Shown in pieces: positions 24,431 to 35,759 of a DNA stretch of 64,000 nt. The position numbers were made by a program, and so were the translations under genes. A model generated the notes under the pieces. That model saw only the letters and a program-made list of their open reading frames with translations. It did not search any database and was not told the DNA's origin. Position 1 is the first letter of the stretch; every line of letters starts with the position of its first letter. Origin of the DNA: Camelus dromedarius (Eukaryota); contig NC_087436.1 of assembly GCF_036321535.1 (NCBI RefSeq), positions 75,146,001 to 75,210,000 on the forward strand. Reading direction: 5' to 3'.

Positions 24431-24789
24431 TAATATATACATATAAACATATCTTTATGAAAGGCATATATGAGATTATATATATATACAACTCTTAAAA
24501 ATATGTGAGTATATCTATATCTACATCTAATATATGTGTGAAAATGGGCTTTAATACCTTTACATGAAAAAGCAAGGTCTAGAACAGTGAGTAGAGTGTG
24601 CTATCATTTTATCAGTGAGGAGGGAAATAATATTTCTGGGAAGAATCACAATAAGTTGCTAATATAGGAGGGAAGCTGGGTGTTAGGGGTTGGAGGAAGA
24701 CTTTACTTTTGTATATTCTTTTGTAATCCTGAAATAAAAACATTTCCCTAGTATTTCCACATACCAAAGATATTTATAACATCTATCTA

Positions 24790-25265
24790 TTTGTCTAGCA
24801 TATAGTTTATTCATTTTTATAGTCCTATAGTCACTTTTTGGTTAGTGCTTTTGGGTTGTTGTGAAATTGTTCCCTCCTCAAAGGTCATAAAGGTATTTTC
24901 CTAAATTATAGAAGACTTTAAGTTTTTCCATTTACATATAAGTCCTTAGTCCTTCTAGATTTGATTGTGTATGTGTGAGATAGGGATTTAAATATACTTT
25001 CCCCTATGAATAATCACTTGTCTTAGCAACACTTACTAAATTCCTTGCACAGTGACTTGCAATAACATCTCTCTCATATTTCAGATATCCATATGTGCAT
25101 GGGTCTGTTGCTGGGCTGTTTATTGTTTCATTAGTCTGTCTTTCTATACTTGTGCCAATGCCGAAGTCTCTTAATTACCATAGCTTTATGACAAGTCTTG
25201 ATCTTTGGTAAGGCAGTTCCCTCCACTTTGTTCTTATCCTTCAGAAGTACCTTTGGCAACTCTGT
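24790..25265 (-). mobile_element. Old L1 ORF2 fragment
   Basis: CCATATGTGCATGGGTCTGTT...CTTGTGCCAATGCC...AGTCTTGATCTTTGGTAAGGC. Confidence 0.7.
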
Positions 25266-25595
25266 GAATGTATTATCTATAAAAAAGAAAAAAGAAGAAG
25301 AAAGTTTAATTTAAGAAAAATTCAGCATGTATATACTTAATCTGTAATAAGAGAGCTAACCCACTCTGTTGAGGTTGAACTAGATTAAACTGAAAATAAA
25401 TGAAGACAAAATTCTTCAATTAGATGTTTTTATCTGGCTTTAGTTTCAAGAAGTGCCGTTTTCACTTTTACACCTTTTAAAGAATGATTAACAATCACAA
25501 ACTATTGAATATTTTTGTTTTAAAAAACATTGAGAATGTAAAAACTATGAATGTAATGATTAATATTAATATTTTATTTTATTTTTTCTTTCAAG

Positions 25596-25707
25596 TCTTG
25601 ATATATCATCAAAGGCATAGTCTTTCCAAGTTGGCTTCTCAGATGTCTCTTTATCCTTGCTCTGTATGTGTTCTGGTGCCCAACAGACATTTTGCTGCTG
25701 CTGTGAA
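25596..25707 (+). CDS. MRPL1: MRPL1 coding exon 2
   Basis: Acceptor ttttttctttcaAG, donor AA|GTAAGT; 112 nt; (V)[36 protein letters not shown](K). Confidence 0.95.
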
Positions 25708-26039
25708 GTAAGTATTTTTTTTTTTAGTTATTTCATTTGCTATCATTTAAATCTTTTATTAAAAACTATTTTGCTTGGTACCATAAAGACACACAGAAAT
25801 AGTTGTAAAAGTTTATCATCTCTGCTTCTTTGTCCTAATAGTCCTGAAGGAGAGATATGACTTCTTAAAATAGTACTTCACATTTATTGAACACTAACAT
25901 TCAATAACCAATTTAATCCCTCCAGCAACCTTATATGGAAGCCATTGCTATGCTTTTTTTAGAGATGAAAAGCAAGGCACCAATAGATTATGTAACTTGC
26001 CCAAGGTCACAGAGCTAGTAAATGTTGGAGCAAGGATTT

Positions 26040-26882
26040 TGTGACATAATAAGAAGTATTTATGTTGGTCTCTGCCACCCGTTCCTGACATAGAGCTCCT
26101 AAAATCCTTGTCATCTCCTGAGTGATAGGGATGCCAGGAGCATTTTTCAAAGATATTTGGTCTTTGATCGAGTTCCTGATACAGAGCTCCTAAAACCCTT
26201 AAAATTTCCTAGGTGATAGGAGTGTTACTATTCTAATGAGGCAACTCTTGGTGGGCTCCTGGATGAGGACTGGTCACCAGAAAGACCAAACCATGAATAA
26301 AGGCTTGGAATTTTTAGCCCTACCTCCCACCTTCCAGGGAGGAGAGCAGGGATAGAGATTGAGTTTATAATTGATCATACCCACATGATGAAGCCTCCAT
26401 AAAAATCCCTGAACTATGGGGTTTGGAGAGGTTGGCTGGTGAACACATCCACGTGCTGGAAGGGTGGTGCACCCAAACCCAGTGGGGACAAGTTCCTAGA
26501 CCTCGTCTTATGTGTCTGTTCATCTGTATTCTTTATTATGTCCTATGTTGTATAATAAACCAGTAAATACTGTTTCTTTGAGTTCTGCAAGCTGTTCTAG
26601 TAAATTTTGAAGTGTGAGGAGGGGGTTCTGGGACCCCCAATGTATAGGTGTTGGCCAGAAGTACCAGATGGCCAGACTTGCAGTTGGCAGCTGAAGCAGA
26701 GGTAGTCTTGTGGGACTGATTCCTTAATTTGTGGGATCTGGTGCTTAATCCAGATAGATAGTGTCAGAGTTGTACTGAATTGTAGGATATCCAGCTAGTG
26801 TCAGATAATTGGAGACTGTGGGAAAAAATCTACACATTTAGTATCAGAATTGTTGCCTGTAGAGGAAAATAGCTTTCTAACA
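26040..26882. mobile_element. Solo LTR, MER21-like, inserted at the end of a MIR (~25870-26039)
   Basis: Starts TGTGA; internal repeat GTTCCTGA(C/T)A(T/C)AGAGCTCCTAAAA occurs twice; GGGCTCCTGGATG...CTGGTCACCAGAAAGACCAA; GTCTTGTGGGACTGA. Confidence 0.7.
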
Positions 26883-26959
26883 ATAAACACTGTCCTGTAT
26901 CTCACTTGTGTGCTTCTAACATAATGTATCTTGGGGATTGTTCCAGATGGAGCTGTTGT

Positions 26960-28050
26960 TTTTTAAAAATTGAGATATAATTGACATATTAGTTTCAGGT
27001 ATGCAACATAATTATTTGACATTTGTATAAATTGGGAAATGCTCAACACAGTAAGTCTAGTTAACATCCATCATCATAAAATTTCTTTTTCTTGTGATGA
27101 GAACTTTTAAGATTTATTCTCTTAGCAACTTTCAAATATACATTGTAGTATTATGAATATAGTCACCGTGCTGTATATTATCCATGACTTATTTATTTTA
27201 TAACTGGAAATTTGTACCTTTTGACCATTTGAGCCTGTTTTATCTGCACCCCACCTCCTGCCATTGGGAGTCACTAATGTGCTCTCTGCATCTGTAAGTG
27301 TGTTTTTTTTTTTTTTTTTTTCAGATTACACTTACAAGTGAAGTCATACGGTATTTGTCTTTCTTTGTTGACTTACTTCACTTAGCAAAAGTGAAAATTT
27401 ATCCGTGTTGTCGCAAACAGGAAGATTTCTTTCTTTTTATGGCTGAATAGTGTGTGTGTGTGTGTGTATGTATATGTATGACATTTTCTTTATCCATTCG
27501 TCCATCAGTGGACTCTCACATTGCTTTCATGTCTTGGTTATTGTAAATAGTGTACAATGAACATGGATATAATATTTCATTGTGTGAATATACCATAACG
27601 TACTGAACCATTACCCTATCGATACGCATTTATCTTTCCAGTCTTTTACTATTACAAATGACCTTGCAGTGAATAATCATGTACGTAGATCTTGTCAAGT
27701 ATTATGAATATACTTGTAGTACAAACTCAGAAATAGAATTGAATCAAAAGATGTGTGCATTTGTAATTTTGATAGGTAACACTAAATTGCCTTCATAGAG
27801 ATTTTGCCAATTTATGGGCTTACTAGCAAGTAATACTAGAATGCCTATTTTCCCACATATGTATAATCAAAATTTTTGAACTTTGCCAATTTGATAGGTA
27901 CTAAATGGTACCATCTTGGTTTTAATTTGTATTTTTTATTATTGAGGTCGTTTATATGTTTAAAAGCCATTTATATTTTTTTTACTGTCAATTTTCTGTT
28001 CATGTCCTATTCCCATTTTTTTGTTGTTGATTAGTAGGAGTTGTTTATAC
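26960..28050 (-). mobile_element. L1MA-like 3' end (~26960-27570) adjoining an older L1ME-like fragment
   Basis: The first part is clearly homologous to the L1 3'UTR at 878-1500 of this window. Confidence 0.8.
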
Positions 28051-28480
28051 ATTATCAGTCAGCACATATCTGCACTATAACTTTTTTTTTTGACAACCTC
28101 CCTTGCACTATAATTTTAATATGTTTTAACTATTATAGTAGAGGAATGGACCAAATTTTATGGGATCACAGATGAAAGGTTAGTTAATTTTTCCTGGAGG
28201 AGAATATGGCAAGAAGTATTTGAGGTGATTCCTAAAAGATAGATGGAATCTTGCAGGAGAATTGAGAGAAAGGTATTTCAGTGGTGCAAAGGCATAAAAG
28301 TGAACGATATGGCTTGAATATAGGATGAAGAGAGAGGAGGCAGGAATGTAACTAGAATAGAAGCTTTCTTTGAGTCTGTATAGTACCTGGATTCTTTTTT
28401 GTTGTTGAAAAGTTGGAGGAGTAATGGATGTACCAATTTACGTCCCTACCCAGCAGTGAGTGAGAGTGCCCACGTTTTTA

Positions 28481-28486
28481 ACACAC

Positions 28487-28523
<37 letters not shown>

Positions 28524-28558
28524 TATACACACATACATACATACATATACACACACAC
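28481..28558. repeat. Compound (TA)n(CA)n(TACA)n microsatellite
   Basis: Seen directly in the sequence. Confidence 0.9.
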
Positions 28559-28924
28559 CCATGGTTTGCCAGAAGCACCTCTGACTGTTTCTGCTTCTCT
28601 CTTTTTCTTTTTTTTTAATGTTTTTTATTAAGTTATAGTCATTTTACAACTTAGTGTCAAATTCCAGTGTAGAGCACAATTTTTCAGTTATACATGAACA
28701 TATATATTCATTATCACAGTTTTTTCTCTGTGAGCTTCCATACCGTAAGATCTTGTGTATATTTCCCTGTGCTTTACAGTATAATCTTGTTTATCTATTC
28801 TACAATTTTAAAATCCCATCTATCCCTTCCCACCCTCCACCCCCTTGGCAACACAAGTTTGTATTCTATGTCTATGAGTCTATTTCTGTTTTGTATTTAT
28901 GCTTTGTTTTTTTGTTTTTGTTTT

Positions 28925-31900
28925 TTAGATTCCACATATGAGCGATCTCATACAGTATTTTTCTTTCTCTTTCTGGCTTACTTCACTTAGAATGACATTC
29001 TCCCGAAACATCCATGCTGGTGCAAATGGCGTTATGTTGTCGGTTTTTATGGCTGAATAGTATTCCATTGTATAAATATACCGCATCTTCTTTATCCAGT
29101 CATCTGTTGATGGACATTTAGGCTGGTTCCATGTGTTGGCTATTGTAAATAGTGCTGCTATGAACATTGGGGCGCAGGTGTCATTTTGAAGTAGGGTTCC
29201 TTCTGGATATATGCCCAGGAGTGGGATTCCTGGGTCATATGGTAAGTCTATTCCTAGTCTTTTGAGGAATCTCCATACTGTTTTCCACAGTGGCTGCACC
29301 AAACTGCATTCCCACCAGCAGTGTAGAAGGGTTCCTTTTTCTCCACAGCCTCTCCAGCAGTTGTCATTTGTGGACTTTTGAATGGTGGCCATTCTGACTG
29401 GTGTGAGGTGATACCTCATTGTAGTTTTGATTTGCATTTCTCTGATAATTAGTGCTATTGAGCATTTTTTCATGTGCCTATTGATCATTTGTATTTATTC
29501 ATTGGAGAATTGCTTGTTTAGGTCTTCTGCCCATTTTTGGATTGGGTTGTTTGTTTTTTCTTATTAAGTTGTATGAGCTGCTTATATATTCTAGGGATCC
29601 AAGCCTTTGTCAGTTTCATTTGCAAAAATTTTCTCTCATTCCGTAAGTTGTCTTTTTGTTTTACTTATGGTTTCCTTTGCTGTACAGAAGCTTGTAAGTT
29701 TCATTAGGTCCCATTTGTTTATTCTTGCTTTTATTTCTATTGCTTGGGTAGACTGTCCTAGGAGAATATTTTTGAGATGTCTGTCAGATAATTTTTTGCC
29801 TATATTTTCTTCTAGGAGGTTTATTGTATCTTCTCTTATGTTTAAGTCTTTGATCCATTTTGAGTTGATTTTTGTGTATGGTTTAAGAGAGTGTTTTAGC
29901 TTCATTGATTTACATGCTGCTGTCCAGTTTTCCCAACACCATTTGCTGAAGAGACTGTCTTTATTCCATTGTAAATTCTTGCCTCCTTAGTCGAAGATTA
30001 GTTGACCAAAAGTTTGTGGGTTCATTTCTGGGCTCTCTATTCTGTTCCATTGGTCTATATGTCTGTTTTGGTACCAATACCATGCTGTCTTGATGACTGT
30101 AGCTCTGTAGTTTTTTCTGAAGTCTGGGGGAGTTATTCCTCCAGCCTCTTTCTTTTTCTTCAGTAATGCTTTGGCAATTCTAGGTCTTTTGTGGTTCCAT
30201 ATAAATTTTATTATGATTTGTTCTAGTCCTGTGAAATATGTTCTGGGTAACTTGATAGGGGTTGCCTTAAATCTGTAGCTTGCCTTGGTCATTGTGACCA
30301 TTTTAACAACATTGATTCTTCCAATCCAGGAGCATGGGATATCTTTCCATTTTTTAAAGTCTTCTTTAATTTCCTTCATCAACATTCTATAGTTTTCTGT
30401 GTATAATTCTTTCACTTCCTTGGTTAGATTTATTCCTAGGTATTTTATTACTTTAGGTGCTGTTTTAGAGGGGATTGTTTCTTTACTTTCTTTTCCTGTT
30501 GATTCATCGTTAGTGTAAGGAAATGCAACTGATTTTTGAATTTATTCTTGTAACCTGCTACCTTGCTGAATTCTTCGATCAGCTCTAGTAGTTTTTGTGT
30601 GGACCTTTTAGGGTTTTCTATATATAATAACATGTCGTTGGCATATAGTGACATTTTTACCTGTTCTTTTCCAATTTGGATCCCTTTTATTTCTCTCCCT
30701 TGCCTGATTGCTTCCAAGACTGATTGCTTCCAAGACACTTCCAAGACTATGTTGAATAGAAGTGGTGTTAATGGGCATCCTTGTCTTGTCCCAGATTTTT
30801 TGGGAAGCTTTTGAATTTTTCACCGTTGAGTACTATGCTGGCTGTAGGTTTGTCATATATAGCTTTTATTATGTTGAGATATGTTCCCTCTATACCCACT
30901 TTGGTGAGAATGGGTGTTGAATTTTATCAAATGCTTTTTCTGCATCTTTTGAGATGACCATGTGGTTTTTGTCCTTTCTCTTGTTGATGTGATGTATTAC
31001 ATTGATTGATTTGCATATGTTAGCCACCCTTGTGTCCCTGGGATGAACCCCACTTGATCATGATGTATAATCTTTTTAATATGCATTTGGATTCTATTTG
31101 CTGAAATTTCAGTGAGGATTTTTGCATCTATGTTTATCAGTGATATTGGCCTATAAATTGTTTTTGAGCAGTGTCTTTGGCTAGTTTTGGGTTCAGGGTG
31201 ATGGTGCCTTCATAGAATGAGTTTGGGAGTATTCCCTCCTTTTCAATCATCTGGAAGAGTTTGAGAAGGACTGGTATGAGTTCTTTGTATGTTTGGTAGA
31301 ATTACGCGGTGAAGCCGTCTGGTCCTGGACTTTTATTTGTAGAGAGATTTTTTGTTTATTGCTAATTCAATTTCATTTCTAGTGATTGGTTTGTTCAAGT
31401 GGTCAGTTTCTTCTTGCTTCAGCCTTGGTGGACTGTATGTTTCCAGAAACTTGTCCATCTCCTCTAGGTTATCCATTTTGGTTCCATATAGTTTTTTGTA
31501 AAATTCTTGTATGATATTCTGTATTTCTATTTTATGTGTTGTAATTTCTCCATTTTCCTTTCTTATTTTGCTTATTTGTGCTCTTTTTTTCTTCTTTGTG
31601 AGTTTGGCCAGAGGTTTGTTGATTTTATTTACTTTTTCAAAAAAACCAGCTTTTGGTTTGATTGATTTTTTTCTATTTTTTTAAATCTCTATTTTATTTA
31701 TTTCCTCCCTAATCTTTATAATTTCCTTCCTTCTGCTGCCTTTTGGGGTTTTTTGCTCGTCTTTTTCTAATTGTTTTAGCTGGTGGGTTAGATTATTAGA
31801 GATTGTTCTTTTTTGAGGAAGGCCTGTATCGCTATAAATTTCCCTCTTAGTACTGCCTTTGCTGCGTCCCATAAATTTTGTGTGGTTGTGTTCTCATTTT

Positions 31901-32716
31901 CATTTGTCTCAAGGTATTTTTTAATTTCAACTTTGAGTTCATCATCGACAAATTGGATTTTTTTAATAGCATGTTGTTAATCTCCATGCTTTCCTTTTTT
32001 TCTCCTTTGTTTCTCTGTAGTTGATTTTTAGTTTCATGGCATTGTGGTCAGTAAAGATGCTTGAGATAATTTCCATCTTCTTAAAATTGTTGAGGCTTCT
32101 TTTGTGCCCAAGCATGATCAATGTTCCATGTTTACTTGAAAGGAATGTATATCTTATTTTTTGGGAGTGTAATGCTCTGAAAATGTCCCCAAATCTAATT
32201 TTTCTATTGTATTATTTAACTTCTCTTTTGCCATATTTATTTTCTGTCTGGAAGATTTGTCTAGTGATGTTAATGCGGTGTTAAAATCTCTGACAATGAT
32301 TATATTCCCATCAGTATCCCACTTTATCTCTGTTAGTAGTTGTTTTATGTACTTAGGTGCTCCTATATTGGGTGCATATATATTAACGAGTGTAATATCC
32401 TCATCTTGTACTACTCCTTTAATCATTATAAACTGTCCTTTATCTTTCTTTATGGCCTTTGTTTTAAAGTCTGTTTTGTCTGAAATCATTACTGCTACAC
32501 CTGCTTTTTTTTGGCTTTTCAATCTGCATGGAATATCCTTTTCCATCCTTTCACTCTCAATCTATATGTGTCCTTCTCCCTAAAGTGGGTCTCTTGTATG
32601 CAGCATATTGAAGGTTCTGGCTTTATTATCCAATCTGCCACTTTATGGCTTTTGATTGGAACATTTAGTCCATTAACATTTATAGTAATTAATGATAGAT
32701 GTGTGTTTATTGCCAT
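28925..32716 (-). pseudogene. L1 ORF2 (endonuclease/reverse transcriptase), multiply disrupted
   Basis: EN domain MAINTHLSLITINVNGLN...CCIQETH and NIYAPN; RT region SLYANDMLLYIENPK; C-terminal [18 protein letters not shown]. Broken into many frames. Confidence 0.95.
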
Positions 32717-33127
32717 ATTGAACTTATCTTTGCAGTTGATTTGGTATTTCCTCTTTGTTCCTTTCTTCTTCCTTTTGTGGTTTGGTAGTTTTCCTTTGTA
32801 TTATCATGGATTTTATTTAGTTTTTGTGACTCCTTTGTAAGTTTTTGGCTTGTGGTTACCCTTTTTTCTAAGTCTATTAGCCCATTAGTGTAACTGTTTT
32901 TATTGAACAGATAGTAATATAATCTCAAATCCATCCTACTGAGAAAAAAAAATTTTTAAAAAGAAACGAAAAAAAATACTCTATATTTTGTTGCTTCCCT
33001 CTCCCACTCTTAATGACTTAGATGTCTTCTTTTACAATTTTGTGTTTGTTCTATTTGTAATTCATGGTAGTTGTCACCTTCCCAGTTTTGAGTTTCTCAT
33101 TTCTGTAGCATCCTGCTTGTTTTCTAT

Positions 33128-34020
33128 TTAGAGTAGACCTTTCAATATTTCTTTTCGCATGGGTTTAGTGTTGCTAAACTCTTAGTTTTTGCTTGTTTGT
33201 GAAATTCTTTCTCACTCCTTCTAGCCTAAAGGATAACTTTTCTGGATAAAGTATCGTAGGCTGCATCTTTTTTTCATTCAGGACTTTGAATATATCTTGC
33301 CACTCCCTTCTGGCCTGTAGCGTTTGTGTAGAGAAGTCAGCTGAGAGCCTTTTGGGGGTTCCCTTGTAACTCACTCTTTGCTTTTCTCTTGCTACTTTTA
33401 GGATCATTTCTTTATCCTTGACTCTGGCCGACTTGATTATGAAATGTCTTGGTGAGGGTCTGTTTGGGTTCTTCCTATTTGGGACACTCTGAGCTTCCTG
33501 TACTTGGATATCTGATTCCTTCTTTAAGTTTGGGAAGTTTTCAGTCATGATTTCTTTCAATACCGTTTCAGTCCCCTTTGCTCTTTCTTCCCCTTCTTGC
33601 CCCTATTATGCATAGGTTGGCACTTTTTATATTATCCCATAGGTCCCTTATGTTGTTTTCATTAGTTTTTATTTGTTTTTCTCTCAGCTGTTCTGATTGG
33701 GTGCTTTCTGTTTTGTCTTCTAGGTCACTTATTCGTTCCTCTGCATTATCTAGTCTGCTTTGTACAGCCTTTAGATCAGCTCTCATCTCAGCCAATGAGT
33801 TTACCAGTTCTACTTGGTTCTTCTTTACAGCTTCAATTTCATTTTTGACATATTTTATATCTCTAAACACTATCTCTTTTAGTTCCTTCAGTACTTTGAT
33901 CACTCCTTTGAAATCTTGATTTAGTAGGCCATCAATGTCTATTTCATTGATCATTCTTTTAGGGGATTTCTCTTGCTCTTTTAATTGGGAATGGTTCCTC
34001 TGTTTCTTTATCTTGCTCAT
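33128..34020 (-). pseudogene. L1 ORF1 (RNA-binding protein), frameshifted
   Basis: MSKIKKQRNHSQLKEQEKSP...coiled coil...IRDLWDNIK, then KEIMTENFPNLK...RLSADFSTQTLQARREWQDIFKVL, ending KEILKGLL*; split across frames. Confidence 0.9.
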
Positions 34021-35726
34021 ATCTCTCTGGCACTGTGGCTTATGGAGTATCAATTATCTATTGTGGTCCTTAAGGAGTTTATTTATTTATCTATCTAACG
34101 CCTATGCAGGAATAAAACTTAAAAAAAAGAGAGAAAGAATTTTAGAAGAAGGGAGAAAAAAAGTTTGAAAACAGTGTATAATCAATAATAGACGAGCAGG
34201 TTGAAGCAGAATAGCAATCGGGTTGAGATGTCTTTTAAAACCCTTTAAAAAAGGAGAAAAGGGCAAAAAGAAATTTAAACCTGTGTGTAATCAATAGCAA
34301 GAGATCAAAACCAAGAGAAATAAAAATGAAATGAGGTGAATTTTTAAAAAATAATACTGATAAAAATATTTTAAAAGAAAAATTTAAAAGGGATTAAAAC
34401 TGGAAGCATATATAATTGTTTAAAAAGTAAAAATTACAAAGGTAATAGAAAATAGAACAGATAAAAAAAGGGGGGTTATTCTCGTGGAGACTGTGTGCTC
34501 TTAATGATTTTATTGAGAAGTCTTTCTGTCTTCACGGTGTTTCGTGAACTCAGCTTGCTGTTTTCAGAGGCCTTCCTTTGGCGCCCTTGTCTGTGCTGCT
34601 CCCAGTGCCTGTTGGCAAGCAGATTGTGCCCCCTCCTAACACTGCAGTCAGGTGCTGCTCTCCTTTGAGGTGGGCGGGTCACTCTGCCTCCCAATGCAGC
34701 AGTCAGATGCTGTGCTCAGGCAAGGTAGGCAGGTGGATCGCGCCCCCTCCCAGCACCCCAATCAGATACTGCGTTCCTCCCAGGAAGGTGGGTGGTCATC
34801 CGCCCTCTCCCGGCGCTGGTCTCTACCTTGCTGTATGCAGCTGCCTGCTCCGTCTTGGGTCCTCGCTCTGTAGGCAGGCTGGGGGAAGACCATGGAATAG
34901 CCCTGCCCCTGGTCCATGCCAAAACTCAGCTCCTTGTCTGTCTTGGCGGCATGAGTTCTCTGAGGTACCAGGGCAGAAAGGTCCTGTCTGACTCGGGCTG
35001 TAAACAAGTCTCTGTTTGGCCTTTGAGGCTGCTATGCCCTTAAGTAGTGATTCAGGTTTTGACCCTGCCCCTGCCTGGGTGCTAAACGCTGGAGGATATG
35101 GCCTCTGCACCTAAGCCCCGCCTCTCTTCACCCAAAAACCTTCCTCAGGTTTTCAGAGATGGGGGGTATGGCACCCTTCCCCCCAGGGCACATCAGCCGT
35201 GTTGTTTTATGGAGGGCCCAGGTTGTTTTACCCTGTGTACCCACTCCTCCACGGTGCACAGCACTCTGCAGTCTCCCAGGGCTGCCTCAGTGCAACTGCC
35301 CCAGTCCTCCGCCCGGCTCGGGCAGCCTGTCCTGTCCCCTAGCTGCCGGCTTGGGTCTCGGGCTGGGTGTTGCAGGGACCCTCTGTGCCCGTTTAACTTA
35401 GTTCTGTCGGTCAAGGGGTGCTCTTTATAGATCCCAGCCTTGGAGGCTCCCCCTCCGTCCCACTGGCCTCTCCGTTGGAGAAGGGGAGACACAGTGAACG
35501 AATGCTAGTCCTCCTTTGCCGCTCCCTCCCTGTAGGACTGGTCCCTCACTGTTTTGCCTTTTCTTCTTTCTTTTTTCCTTTTCTTCTACCAGATTTTTGG
35601 CGTCGTTTTTTGAAGAGGGCGATGTTCTGTTGGAGTTCGGCAGGTGCTCGGGTTGGCTGAATGGGTCCGTGGATGTGAGTTTTGGTGTATTTGTGGGAGA
35701 GAGGAGCTACGAGCGTCCTTCTACTC

Positions 35727-35735
35727 CGCCATCTT
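35727..35735 (-). promoter_or_regulatory. YY1 site at the L1 5' end
   Basis: AAGATGGCG on the - strand, about 10 nt from the L1 start, matching the position of the YY1 site known in mammalian L1 promoters. Confidence 0.7.
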
Positions 35736-35759
35736 AGCCCCCTTCTCTGCTTCTCTCTT

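Larger units (their letters stand above)
28604..35745 (-). mobile_element. Full-length LINE-1 (~7.1 kb), inactive, antisense in MRPL1 intron 2
   Basis: On the - strand: 5' end GAAGGGGGCTAAGATGGCGGAGTAG, ~1.7-kb 5'UTR, ORF1, ~410-bp spacer, ORF2, 3'UTR, AATAAA (28624-28629) and an A tail. Exact 14-bp TSD TCTGCTTCTCTCTT at 28590-28603 and 35746-35759. Confidence 0.97.

Noticed and set aside
26081..26220. Direct repeats resembling a CRISPR-like repeat-spacer unit
   Set aside because: Only two degenerate copies, inside a MER21-like LTR in a mammalian genome.
28925..34053. Active retrotransposon or novel RT-based system
   Set aside because: Standard L1 ORF1/ORF2 with many frameshifts and a mutated catalytic aspartate.
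34476..35737. Cluster of 70-137-aa ORFs on both strands, possible ORF0 analogue
   Set aside because: All lie in the GC-rich L1 5'UTR, many start at non-ATG codons, and none resembles a known protein. Conservation across L1 copies would be needed to support coding.
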